Position numbers and translations under genes: made by a program. Shown piece by piece: positions 7,329-14,922 of a stretch of 17,907 nucleotides of DNA. Source of the DNA: Alphaproteobacteria bacterium (GTDB lineage Bacteria; Pseudomonadota; Alphaproteobacteria; UBA7887); NCBI GenBank assembly GCA_965216755.1, contig CBDCGL010000005.1, forward strand, positions 1-17,907, in the 5' to 3' direction. Below the pieces are notes generated by a model, which saw only the letters and a program-made list of their open reading frames with translations, was not told the DNA's origin and did not search any database. The first letter of the stretch is position 1. Each line of letters begins with the position of its first letter.

Positions 7329-7637
7329 TTAGATCTCCGGTTCGTACCGCTTGACTCGAACCTCACCGGCCCGTGCCCGCATCGCTGCGGCATCGAACCA
7401 CGCCTGCATGCGAAGCATGGTGTCCATGTCGAGATCAAACGCCTGTTCGATCCTGAAAGCCATTTCCGGCGACAGGCGCGCTTTCTCGTTGATCAAGTCG
7501 GACAAGGTCGCCCGTCGCACGCCCAGCACATCAGCCGCCCTGGCAATGCTGAGGCCAAGGGGCTTGAGCACCTCTTCCAAAAGAAACTCGCCCGGGTGTG
7601 AGGGCGTCATACCAATTTCGATCGTTTCCTTTCCCAT
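7329..7637 (-). CDS. higA: HigA/VapI-family antitoxin (XRE HTH), 102 aa
   Basis: HPGEFL.EEVL.PLGLS...AA..LGV.R.TLS.LINEKA.LSPEMA.R....F.......LRMQ signature. The ATG at 7637 overlaps the toxin stop (TGATG). Confidence 0.93.
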   Translation of the reverse strand: MGKETIEIGMTPSHPGEFLLEEVLKPLGLSIARAADVLGVRRATLSDLINEKARLSPEMAFRIEQAFDLDMDTMLRMQAWFDAAAMRARAGEVRVKRYEPEI

Positions 7638-7921
7638 CAGTGATAATCCTCCAAATTCAACTCGTCGATCTCTCCCTCGACCACGCGGAAGGTGATCCGC
7701 CAGTTGCCGGAGACGCTGATGCTCCACGTCCCGGCGCGGTCTCCTGACAGCTCGTGAATCCGCCAGCCCGGCGGGCCCAGTATCTTTTCCGGACTCGGGG
7801 CCGAAATCAGGGCGGTAATCGCCCGTTTGATCCTGGGGAACAAATCGGCGGGCAGCGCCCGCTTGTCATTGCGCTCGATAAACCGCCGCAATCCACGGTG
7901 TTGAATACCCCGAATCTTCAT
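7637..7921 (-). CDS. higB: HigB-family toxin (RelE superfamily, plasmid killer protein)
   Basis: H+GL+RF start, PGWRIHELSGDRAGTWSISVSGNWRITF and C-terminal LEDYH; toxin-first gene order. Confidence 0.93.
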   Translation of the reverse strand: MKIRGIQHRGLRRFIERNDKRALPADLFPRIKRAITALISAPSPEKILGPPGWRIHELSGDRAGTWSISVSGNWRITFRVVEGEIDELNLEDYH

Positions 7922-7926
7922 ACTGT

Positions 7927-7955
7927 AGTGTACGGCAATACCGTACGATTGTCAC
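7927..7955 (-). promoter_or_regulatory. higBA promoter with palindromic operator; likely leaderless transcript
   Basis: Minus strand GTGACA-N17-TACACT, then 5 nt to the ATG. Palindrome GTACGG-CAATA-CCGTAC (7930-7946) spans the spacer. Confidence 0.7.
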
Positions 7956-8078
7956 TAAGAACGTTTTCCTGAATGGAGATCATTCAGCCAGACTTAACGA
8001 TGACGCCCAACGCGGATCTTATATATGGGCTGCGCGGTACATATCGCACTTGCAGCCGCTTACTTTACATACTAACCG

Positions 8079-8462
8079 TTATCGCGTTTCTCTGTCCAAA
8101 TACGGCAAGCTGACATTCCCAGCTTCGTCAACCGGCGCGTCAAAGTGTTCGACAAAATAGCCGCTGAGCGCCTTGAGTAATTTGCGATCGAGCACGTAGG
8201 CGGGGATTTCTGGCTTGGGTCCTTCCCAGGGAATATTCTGCCAATCTCTCACGTGTTCAATGAGTAACTCCCAGAGCGCATACTCAATATCGCCGCTCTC
8301 AAAGCCGTTTTGCTTTAGGTGACCAAGGAACTGCGAACAAAACTGCCGCAGGATGTGGCTTTCAAGCGGCCCGTGAAAATCCACGTGAACAACGTTTGTT
8401 GGTTTCTCAATCGCTTTTTCCATACAGCTCTTTATCGCATTTTCAATCTGGGATGTAGTCAT
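8079..8462 (-). CDS. Hypothetical protein (127 aa)
   Basis: Protein-like composition; the start overlaps the stop of the upstream small ORF (ATGA). Confidence 0.65.
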   Translation of the reverse strand: MTTSQIENAIKSCMEKAIEKPTNVVHVDFHGPLESHILRQFCSQFLGHLKQNGFESGDIEYALWELLIEHVRDWQNIPWEGPKPEIPAYVLDRKLLKALSGYFVEHFDAPVDEAGNVSLPYLDRETR

Positions 8463-8608
8463 CCCAGATCATGGCGATTGCACCCGATCAACATACCCAG
8501 CTCGCCCAAACGTCGCACGTCTTCCGAATCCGGATCGATCAGAAAGCTTCGCAACCTCATCGGCAGGGACGGAGTCAAATAGTGCACCAGCAAGGCCTTT
8601 ATCGTCAC
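8459..8608 (-). CDS. Small hypothetical protein (49 aa), absent from the ORF track
   Basis: GTG start 2 nt after the upstream stop; MTIKALLVHYLTPSLPMRLRSFLIDPDSEDVRRLGELGMLIGCNRHDLG; its TGA overlaps the next ATG, filling the gap exactly. Confidence 0.5.
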   Translation of the reverse strand: MTIKALLVHYLTPSLPMRLRSFLIDPDSEDVRRLGELGMLIGCNRHDLG

Positions 8609-8610
8609 TT

Positions 8611-8928
8611 TCAGTCCATGAATTGTCCCTGGGCTTTGGCTATGGTTGTGCGTACTGCTGCAAGCATGGACGGTGCGCCTTCATGCGCATGATAATATTC
8701 GACCGCCTCGAGAACGCGTTCCAATGCTTCCAACAGTTCAGGTGCGGCCGCGATAAGATTGGCATTTGCCGTGAGTTGCTCGGCTGGCGCCACACGACCC
8801 TCGTCGTCCTCAGTGGATATTTCCGCGATGTAGATATCAGCGTGAATGCCTTCAGGACCGGGGCCAACAATTAGTCCAAAATCGGCATATTCCCAAGGGC
8901 CAGGTGTGTGTGCTTTACGGTCAGTCAT
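8611..8928 (-). CDS. Phage/plasmid-type hypothetical protein of the HTPGPW...ANARLIAAAPELLEAL kind
   Basis: HTPGPW, ANANLIAAAPELLEAL and C-terminal IAKAQG motifs, common in small phage/MGE proteins; SD AAGGAG. Confidence 0.8.
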   Translation of the reverse strand: MTDRKAHTPGPWEYADFGLIVGPGPEGIHADIYIAEISTEDDEGRVAPAEQLTANANLIAAAPELLEALERVLEAVEYYHAHEGAPSMLAAVRTTIAKAQGQFMD

Positions 8929-8954
8929 TTCGTTTCTCCTTTTTAAAATTAATG

Positions 8955-9150
8955 ATCAGGGTTGAAGCGCAAGCTTGCGCCGCGCCTTGAACCCTGATGA
9001 AGACCGCTTTTTAAGGGAGGGAAATCCGTCAAGGTCGAAAAGCCGGGAATGGTGCGGGCGCAGGGAGCGAAGCGACTGAGCCACGGTCCCGGCTTTTCGC
9101 TCGCCTTGGCCTTGACGGATGGGAACCGGAGGTTCCTCAAACAAACAGAC
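8955..9150. promoter_or_regulatory. Long nested-hairpin leader upstream of the 8928 operon (ssDNA-promoter/ssi-like)
   Basis: Stems ATCCGTCAAGG (9024-9034)/CCTTGACGGAT (9110-9120), CGAAAAGCCGGGA (9036-9048)/TCCCGGCTTTTCG (9087-9099) and ATCAGGGTT (8955-8963)/AACCCTGAT (8990-8998); GCGAAGC in the loop. Confidence 0.6.
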
Positions 9151-9338
9151 CGGCCGGCTTTGCCGGCTCATATTGAGGGGACGCCTGCGGGATCGGCACT
9201 TGGCGCCCTTTTCTCCTAAACCCAATGGATGGCTGGCAGGATCGCCACTTTCTCAGTCACAAGCCCGCGGGAGAAGGACATGACGGGGATATTCGGCTGG
9301 GCCGCCGCACGATCATTTTCTCATGAAAACCACGATTA

Positions 9339-9371
9339 GAACGTTGCGCGAACACGTATAATCGTTATACT
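9339..9371 (+). promoter_or_regulatory. Alphaproteobacterial LexA (SOS) box overlapping a sigma70-like promoter
   Basis: GAAC-GTTGCGC-GAAC (9339-9353) fits GAAC-N7-GAAC; TTGCGC-N16-TATACT (9344-9371), with TATAAT at 9357-9362. Confidence 0.65.
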
Positions 9372-9423
9372 AACCACTAGCACCATATCGGCCGTTTCGG
9401 ATGCGCGATTCGAGTGAAAACCA

Positions 9424-9924
9424 ATGCCAATACGTAAATCCCTACGCCACCTCTACCCGGATGACTGGGAGGAAATCAGCGATCGCGTTCGCTTTGTCCG
9501 CGCCGGAAACCGCTGCGAGCAGTGCTGCCGACCGCATTTGGCACCGGTGCTGACGTTACCGGACGGCCGTTGGAAAGAACCATTCGCGCGCAGCCGGGCC
9601 CAGATATGGCGCGGAGATCGTGGTGAGTTGGTTGCTGTTCCGTCTGCGGCAGAGTTCAAAGAGGCCGTCAAACGCCGCTATGTGCTTCAGACAGCCCACA
9701 AGGATCACAACCCGCTCAACAATGCACTCGATAACCTGGCGGCGTGGTGCAATCGCTGTCACCTCATTCACGACCGCCGCGAACATTTGCGCCGGCGCAA
9801 AATCGCCTTTCTAAGAACCCTTGCATCGGGTGATCTGTTCTTGGGCCCCTACCCTACTGAGACCGATCCGGAATTCCTGACATTCATGCCGGAATGGTTT
9901 GCCATGGAAGCCAACCGGCGGTGA
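9424..9924 (+). CDS. Zinc-binding HNH-endonuclease-like protein
   Basis: MPIR....LYP.DW..IS..VRF.RAG.RCEQC and AHKDHNP.NN..DNLAAWCNRCH (HNH plus two CxxC pairs). Confidence 0.8.
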   Translation: MPIRKSLRHLYPDDWEEISDRVRFVRAGNRCEQCCRPHLAPVLTLPDGRWKEPFARSRAQIWRGDRGELVAVPSAAEFKEAVKRRYVLQTAHKDHNPLNNALDNLAAWCNRCHLIHDRREHLRRRKIAFLRTLASGDLFLGPYPTETDPEFLTFMPEWFAMEANRR

Positions 9925-10105
9925 CGCCGCACAAAAAGTGCATCCCTAGCGCGACGTTTCCAAGGGCGTGTTTGATGGGTTGAGCCAATCGCCATGTTAG
10001 CGGCCGTGTTACCATACAAGCTGTTTGGACTCATTATCCGCGCCGGAACGCTCCGCGCGCGGGACAAGTCGCTCTGATCGTCTCTCTCGCTTTTTTACGA
10101 GACGA

Positions 10106-11191
10106 ATGCAGGGACCAGGCTGGAATACCATGCCATTTCTAATTGCCCTTTTTCTTAGCTCTTTGGTCGCGCTCGTAACATTGATTGTCGGCGGCTTGCC
10201 CACGGTCCTTGACCTCAATCGAACCTATGTGACGTGGTCCACCGCGGGCGTATGTATTCTGCTGGCGGCGATGATCCTCGAAGCCGCTGGTGCATGGAAA
10301 AATGTCGCGGATTGGTTGGAGGACCGAGGTGTTATCCGACTTCTTCGGGTGGTAGAGGTGTTTGGCATCATATCCGCGGTAATCCTCTTTTATTTTGAGG
10401 TCCACGACCGCGAACGTGACCGGGAAGTGGCCAGTTCAACATTGAAGGTAAATGAATCAACGCTGAATCTGGCGTGCTGGCAGCTTGCCGATGCCCTTGG
10501 TGGTCGGGAAGGACCGACGGATCGCGCACGGATCGTGGAGTTTTTGCTGACGATTTGCCCCAGTCTTTCCGGAATCAGCCTGTCCAAGCTTGTTCTCGAT
10601 GACATCAGCCTGCCAAACGCCACGCTCCAAGAGGTGGAGTTTTCCGGAACGAAGTTGGCCCGAGCGAATTTCAATGGGGCCGATCTGACCATGGCCAAAC
10701 TCGAGAGTGCCGACCTTTCCGAAGCGCAATTGATCAAGGCAACGCTCTCTGAAGCGAACGCAACCTGCGCCGATCTGTCTGACGCCAAGCTAGAGGATGC
10801 GAGCCTATGGAACGCGACACTGGTCGGGGCCAATCTGGTTGACGCAATCCTGCGAAATTCAGAACTGATCCTGGCCAGCCTGTCAAATGCCCACCTGATT
10901 TACGCCGACCTCGAGGGTGCGGACCTGCACGCGGCCAATCTTGAAAACGCCGACCTTCAGATGGCGCGTTTTGTCGGCACCAATGTTGAGAGCGCCAGCT
11001 TCGACGGCGCGAGCCTCGAGGGAGCCGATTTCACGGGCTCCAACATTTCGCAAGACCAAATCAACACGGCCCATTGTACTGATCCTCGGCGGGGTGATCC
11101 ACCGACATTGCCGAACCGCACCTTGACCCCGCCGGCCGCCTGCGATCTCGCCGCACCGATGTTCGGCAATGAAGTGTGTGAGACCCCATAG
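10106..11191 (+). CDS. Pentapeptide-repeat protein with N-terminal transmembrane segments (start uncertain: 10025, 10106 or 10130)
   Basis: About 32 tandem A(D/N)Lxx-type pentapeptides follow three hydrophobic segments. Confidence 0.88.
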   Translation: MQGPGWNTMPFLIALFLSSLVALVTLIVGGLPTVLDLNRTYVTWSTAGVCILLAAMILEAAGAWKNVADWLEDRGVIRLLRVVEVFGIISAVILFYFEVHDRERDREVASSTLKVNESTLNLACWQLADALGGREGPTDRARIVEFLLTICPSLSGISLSKLVLDDISLPNATLQEVEFSGTKLARANFNGADLTMAKLESADLSEAQLIKATLSEANATCADLSDAKLEDASLWNATLVGANLVDAILRNSELILASLSNAHLIYADLEGADLHAANLENADLQMARFVGTNVESASFDGASLEGADFTGSNISQDQINTAHCTDPRRGDPPTLPNRTLTPPAACDLAAPMFGNEVCETP

Positions 11192-11198
11192 GGTCTCA
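11179..11198. terminator. Short hairpin over the stop codon of the pentapeptide gene (possible terminator)
   Basis: TGAGACCC-CATA-GGGTCTCA; no U-tract. Confidence 0.3.
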
Positions 11199-11482
11199 AT
11201 GGACCACGGTAGGAACCATGACCGAGTCTGGGTGCTCCTGTTCGCTCGATATGGCCAATTGCGCGCCCCAGGCATTCGTCATCGTCGGTAAAACATGATC
11301 TGTTCCGCCTTCCGGACGCCACGATGGCTTCGCCTCCGTGTTCGTCTGTAAGAACCGTTTCTTTCGTTTCCGTATTGTCAGAAGCCGTGCCGCCCACCCG
11401 ACCACCTTTCCCAGAGCCATGATTGTGAGCCGCGTGCTGGAAAGGCTTCGGCGGTCGGAGCCTCCAACAAATGGAGGAAACG

Positions 11483-11662
11483 ATGAATCTCGTCACCCAC
11501 TTCGAACTGGCCTGCCGCAGCAAAACCGAGCTGCACGCCCTGTATCGTCATGTTTTCAATGCGCTTGCGCGATGTGCGCCCAACAGCGCAGAGCGCAGCA
11601 TCGCCCTTGCCTCGCTCGAACGCACTATGGCCGCGCTGCGCGCGAGAGATCGTCGACCCTGA
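11483..11662 (+). CDS. Small hypothetical helical protein (59 aa)
   Basis: SD GGAGG (11473-11477) precedes ATG 11483; MNLVTHFELACRSKTELHALYRHVFNALAR.AP.SAER..ALASLE resembles small alphaproteobacterial plasmid proteins. Confidence 0.65.
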   Translation: MNLVTHFELACRSKTELHALYRHVFNALARCAPNSAERSIALASLERTMAALRARDRRP

Positions 11663-11763
11663 GCCCAGCCCTGACAATCGCGATGTCGCTGTGAAGTGAC
11701 CGCTCCTGCAGCACACACGCTTCGGACATCCGCCACACACCCGATTTCGATCGGAGTACCACA

Positions 11764-12537
11764 TCATCCTTGTTTCGGGGCCCGCCCGCCGGGGCAGGCG
11801 TCAAGCTCCTTTGCGATCGCTTCCAAATAAGCCGCGAGGCTGTCATGAAGACAGACGCGCATGAGAGCTTCAAAGGGCCCATTGTCACCAGACAACTGCC
11901 GGAGCTCCAGACTGTCGATATATTCCGGGCGCACATCAGGACCGATGGCGACTGGCGGATATCCACCTTTTAGCAATATCAGGTTCATCAACAACCGCGC
12001 CGTCCGGCCGTTGCCGTCCGAGAACGGATGGATCGTCACCAGCCGGGCATGAGCTTCGAATGCGGTTTCAGGTGTCACGTCTTGGGCACCGATCCATTGC
12101 CCAAAATCCCCCATCAAGGCCGGGATCTCCGCCGGCGACGGGAATGTGACCGTTGAGCCCTGGATCGCGCGGGCGTGTGTGCTGTAGCGACCGGCTTCGT
12201 CGGGATTGCTCCGCGCCAAGACCAAACGGTGGATCTCTCGGATATCAGCCTCTCGGACGACTTCGTTGCGCGCGGTGAGCGTCCGCACATAGGCGAGAGC
12301 GTCTTTGTGATCGATGGCTTCGAGGTGGTCTTTGAGCGGTTTGCCGCGGACCGTCAGACCCTTTTCGAGAACAATCGCGGTTTCACTACGGGTCAGCGTG
12401 TTGCCTTCGAGGGCATTCGACGTGTAGGTGAGCTCGACGTCGTACCAGGCATCAAGTACCTCGAGGCTTTGGCGCGCCAGAGGACGCTTGCGATCAAGCG
12501 CCGCCTTCTGGTCCGCAATGTCTTGCCATGTCACCAT
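11764..12537 (-). CDS. Fic-domain protein (class II, internal inhibitory helix)
   Basis: Canonical HPFSDGNGRTAR motif and N-terminal SNALEGN (S/TxxxEG/N). The ATG at 12537 has a purine-rich upstream sequence. Confidence 0.93.
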   Translation of the reverse strand: MVTWQDIADQKAALDRKRPLARQSLEVLDAWYDVELTYTSNALEGNTLTRSETAIVLEKGLTVRGKPLKDHLEAIDHKDALAYVRTLTARNEVVREADIREIHRLVLARSNPDEAGRYSTHARAIQGSTVTFPSPAEIPALMGDFGQWIGAQDVTPETAFEAHARLVTIHPFSDGNGRTARLLMNLILLKGGYPPVAIGPDVRPEYIDSLELRQLSGDNGPFEALMRVCLHDSLAAYLEAIAKELDACPGGRAPKQG

Positions 12538-12605
12538 CGTTTCTTTCCCGCGGTAAACTCGCGCCTGATTGTGCGACAAACTGGTGTGGTTTTCTATAGA
12601 ACGCC

Positions 12606-12785
12606 CTACCGCACCGTCACCTTGCCCTCAGCGGCAAGGGCTTCGGCAAACATGATCACGTCTTCACGCTTGATCGGGTCGGGAATGCCGGTGAAGGCCA
12701 CAAGCAACCGGGTCCCCTGCCCTTCATCAAAATTCTTGATCCGGTCCAAACAGTCTTCCAATCGTGTGCTGCCGTTGTCCTCCAT
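12606..12785 (-). CDS. Small hypothetical protein (59 aa)
   Basis: MEDNGSTRLEDCLDRIKNFDEGQGTRLLVAFTGIPDPIKREDVIMFAEALA resembles the RLL.AF..I.DP..R..V....E.LA tail of alphaproteobacterial XRE regulators, but has no HTH. Confidence 0.55.
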   Translation of the reverse strand: MEDNGSTRLEDCLDRIKNFDEGQGTRLLVAFTGIPDPIKREDVIMFAEALAAEGKVTVR

Positions 12786-12835
12786 TTTTCTCGCCCCCGT
12801 GCCTGAGAATGCATGACACGCCCGGCATGGTGACC

Positions 12836-12942
12836 GGACGCTCAAAACCGTCTAGGCAACGGTGCGACGTATTCGGCCAGATGGCCTTATTTCGCCGCCA
12901 TCCGGCCATATGCAATGGCCGGCCTAGACAGGTTTTGAGTCC
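12836..12942. other. Structured hairpin element upstream of the 12785 ORF
   Basis: CTCAAAACCGTCTAGGC (12841-12857) pairs with GCCTAGACAGGTTTTGAG (12922-12939) with one bulge; inner stem CCGGCCAT/ATGGCCGG. Confidence 0.55.
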
Positions 12943-13009
12943 TGTTCGGCTGAATCTGCAACCGACGACAAGACAATGGCATAAAATAGTTGACTAAGTA
13001 AATGAACTT

Positions 13010-13588
13010 CTACGAATGATCTGGGCGGCGCGTATTGGTTTGATCTCGCTTCAACGCCCGGGTCAAGGTCCAAGGCGCCACCCCAAAACTCATGGCGACC
13101 TGCTTGACAGAGACGTTCGGCTTCTCGAGATACTGGCGTGCCAGTCTTAACTGCTGCCGGGACAGCTTGGGTGGCCGGCCGAGCCGCCTGCCCCGCTGTC
13201 TGGCAGACGCCAGTCCCTCCTTGGTGCGCTTTGATATGTTGCGCCGCTCAAACTCAGCGAAGGCCGCCATAACCGTATAGACAAGCATGCCGGCCGGCGT
13301 CGCGGTGTCGACATCCAGGGTCACAATCCGAAATTCAACGTTACGCTCGCGTAGTCTTTCCGCCTGGATCACGGCATCGACTGTGGAACGGAAGGCACGG
13401 TCCAAGTCCCAAACCACGAGCGTATCGCCGGACCGTAGCATTTTGACCACCTTCTCAAAAACCGGCCGCCGGGCCGATACCGCTGACAGCGTTTCGACAT
13501 GAAGCTCATCGCATATGGCCTTAAGGCCATCGATCTGGCGATCCGGCCTCTGTTCTTGGGTCGAGACCCTGAGGTAGCCAATCATCAT
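13010..13588 (-). CDS. Serine recombinase (resolvase/invertase family) with C-terminal HTH
   Basis: MMIGYLRVSTQEQ..DRQ, GDTLVVWDLDRAFRS, DTATPAG, AFAEFER..I..RTKEGL, LGRPPKL and HTH. The true start is MMIGY, not 13768. Confidence 0.95.
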   Translation of the reverse strand: MMIGYLRVSTQEQRPDRQIDGLKAICDELHVETLSAVSARRPVFEKVVKMLRSGDTLVVWDLDRAFRSTVDAVIQAERLRERNVEFRIVTLDVDTATPAGMLVYTVMAAFAEFERRNISKRTKEGLASARQRGRRLGRPPKLSRQQLRLARQYLEKPNVSVKQVAMSFGVAPWTLTRALKRDQTNTRRPDHS

Positions 13589-13642
13589 GCCCTGTTCGGC
13601 GCTTTGCGCAAATCTCAGCGCCCTCCCCTTCCCTCGCTGCCA

Positions 13643-13698
13643 GTCACAAGCGATTTCGTGACGCTCTGAAGCGCCACATAATCGACCCTTTTCGTGGC
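13643..13698. other. res-like subsites upstream of the second resolvase
   Basis: Inverted repeats GTCACAA...TTCGTGAC (13643-13662) and GCCACATAATCG-AC-CCTTTTCGTGGC (13673-13698) share the TTCGTG(A/G)C arm. Confidence 0.6.
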
Positions 13699-13821
13699 AG
13701 TGGTTTCGATATCGGCATTTTGCGTCGCACAGAAACAGCGGCCCCAAATGCACCAACATCTTAAGCATTATTGTATCACAACAAATGATTGATATGGAAA
13801 TTTCAACAAAAAGGGTCGATT

Positions 13822-14178
13822 ATGAGCAAGGAATACAAATATCGTCGCATTAAAGACTTTGCGTATCCTATCGTTGTGCTGTCGTATCTGTGCAGCGCGT
13901 CAGCGGTGTTTGCCGAAACGCCCTTCACGGCCAAGGATTTCCTTGAGAAAATGAATTCTGATGAACAATTCAACTACCTGATGGGCGCCATCGATGCGTT
14001 GGCTTATGCGCGGTATATGAAGGATGGCAAGAGCGAAGACGGCATGACCTGCATTGTCAATTGGTTCTTTGAGGGCACCCAAGGGCGCGTCCAAATCAAT
14101 CAGGCCTTCGAAGAGTTTGGCGACTATCCGCCGAGCAACATCCTGTGGCATTTGGCCAAGAAACAGTGCGGAGAGTGA
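13822..14178 (+). CDS. Hypothetical exported protein (118 aa), loosely Rap1a-like
   Basis: Signal peptide ending AVFA; YLMGAIDAL, one internal Cys and a terminal KKQCGE (possible disulfide). Confidence 0.7.
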   Translation: MSKEYKYRRIKDFAYPIVVLSYLCSASAVFAETPFTAKDFLEKMNSDEQFNYLMGAIDALAYARYMKDGKSEDGMTCIVNWFFEGTQGRVQINQAFEEFGDYPPSNILWHLAKKQCGE

Positions 14179-14879
14179 TGACAGACCGGGTTTCAAGATT
14201 TGAGCTGCGTAAGCGTTTCAATCGAAAGACTGATGAACAGCGGCGCCGGCAGGAGCGTGACCGGCAACGCCGCAAGAGGCAACAACAGGCGGACAAGTCG
14301 GATGCCCTATGTGACGCCTTGGTCCAATTGGCTAGCTCATCTCAGCGGGCGTTCTGGGAAGAACGCATCGAACGGTTGGAAACCGCCACAGTCGCTGCTT
14401 TGCTTGACAATGACGAGCGTCTGCGCCGTGCACAACAGGCGTTGGATGATCTGGAAAATCGCGCATTCGTCCTCCCGGATGGTCGCCGTGTTTACAAAAC
14501 TCAGGTGGGAGACCGTGTTTTTGATGAACAGGGCAACAGAATTCTCGTATCAGAACTCGACCCACGGGCGATTTCGCCTGAGCGTCCGGACTGGACGGCG
14601 CATCGGAGCATTAAGGCTGAACACAACGCCGCGCTGGCAGAACGTCAGGAACTCCTGGATTACCAGGCCAAGCTGGATCAGGCTCGCGACACGCTCGACG
14701 ACAAGGCTTTAACCGCGGATGACCTCGAGGCCCTTGGCGCCGACCTTGAAAGCAGCATGCCGGCGGCCGTGCGTCAGCAAATGGCTGAGATGGACGAGGT
14801 CCAGCCAAGACCGTTGCGACGCCAACAGTCCCCTGCCCCGATCACGGCACAAATGGTGCCTCCGAACCCAAATCGCTGA
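14178..14879 (+). CDS. Hypothetical coiled-coil protein (233 aa)
   Basis: ATG overlaps the upstream stop (TGATG); charged heptad-like helices flank RAFVLPDGRRVYKT..G.RVFDE.G. Confidence 0.75.
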   Translation: MTDRVSRFELRKRFNRKTDEQRRRQERDRQRRKRQQQADKSDALCDALVQLASSSQRAFWEERIERLETATVAALLDNDERLRRAQQALDDLENRAFVLPDGRRVYKTQVGDRVFDEQGNRILVSELDPRAISPERPDWTAHRSIKAEHNAALAERQELLDYQAKLDQARDTLDDKALTADDLEALGADLESSMPAAVRQQMAEMDEVQPRPLRRQQSPAPITAQMVPPNPNR

Positions 14880-14922
14880 CATTTGGGTATCGCCTTTGGC
14901 CCAGAGGCTTGGTGACTGGGAG

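Noticed and set aside
10106-11191. qnr quinolone-resistance gene
   Set aside because: Qnr proteins are soluble and about 220 aa; this one has TM segments and no Qnr-specific features I can recognise.
12606-12785. Small ORF as a VbhA-like Fic antitoxin (ALAAEG)
   Set aside because: The motif lacks the S/T and is C-terminal, and the Fic protein already carries its own SNALEG helix.
13610-13632. GCGCCCTCCCC as a MOBQ-type oriT nick site (also CCAAGGGCG near 9960 and TGGCGCCCT near 9201)
   Set aside because: All lack the conserved TAA(G/T)TG core next to CGCCCT, and no relaxase is present.
13589-13768. N-terminal extension of the second resolvase
   Set aside because: The family starts at M.IGY.RVS, and the extension overlaps the res subsites.
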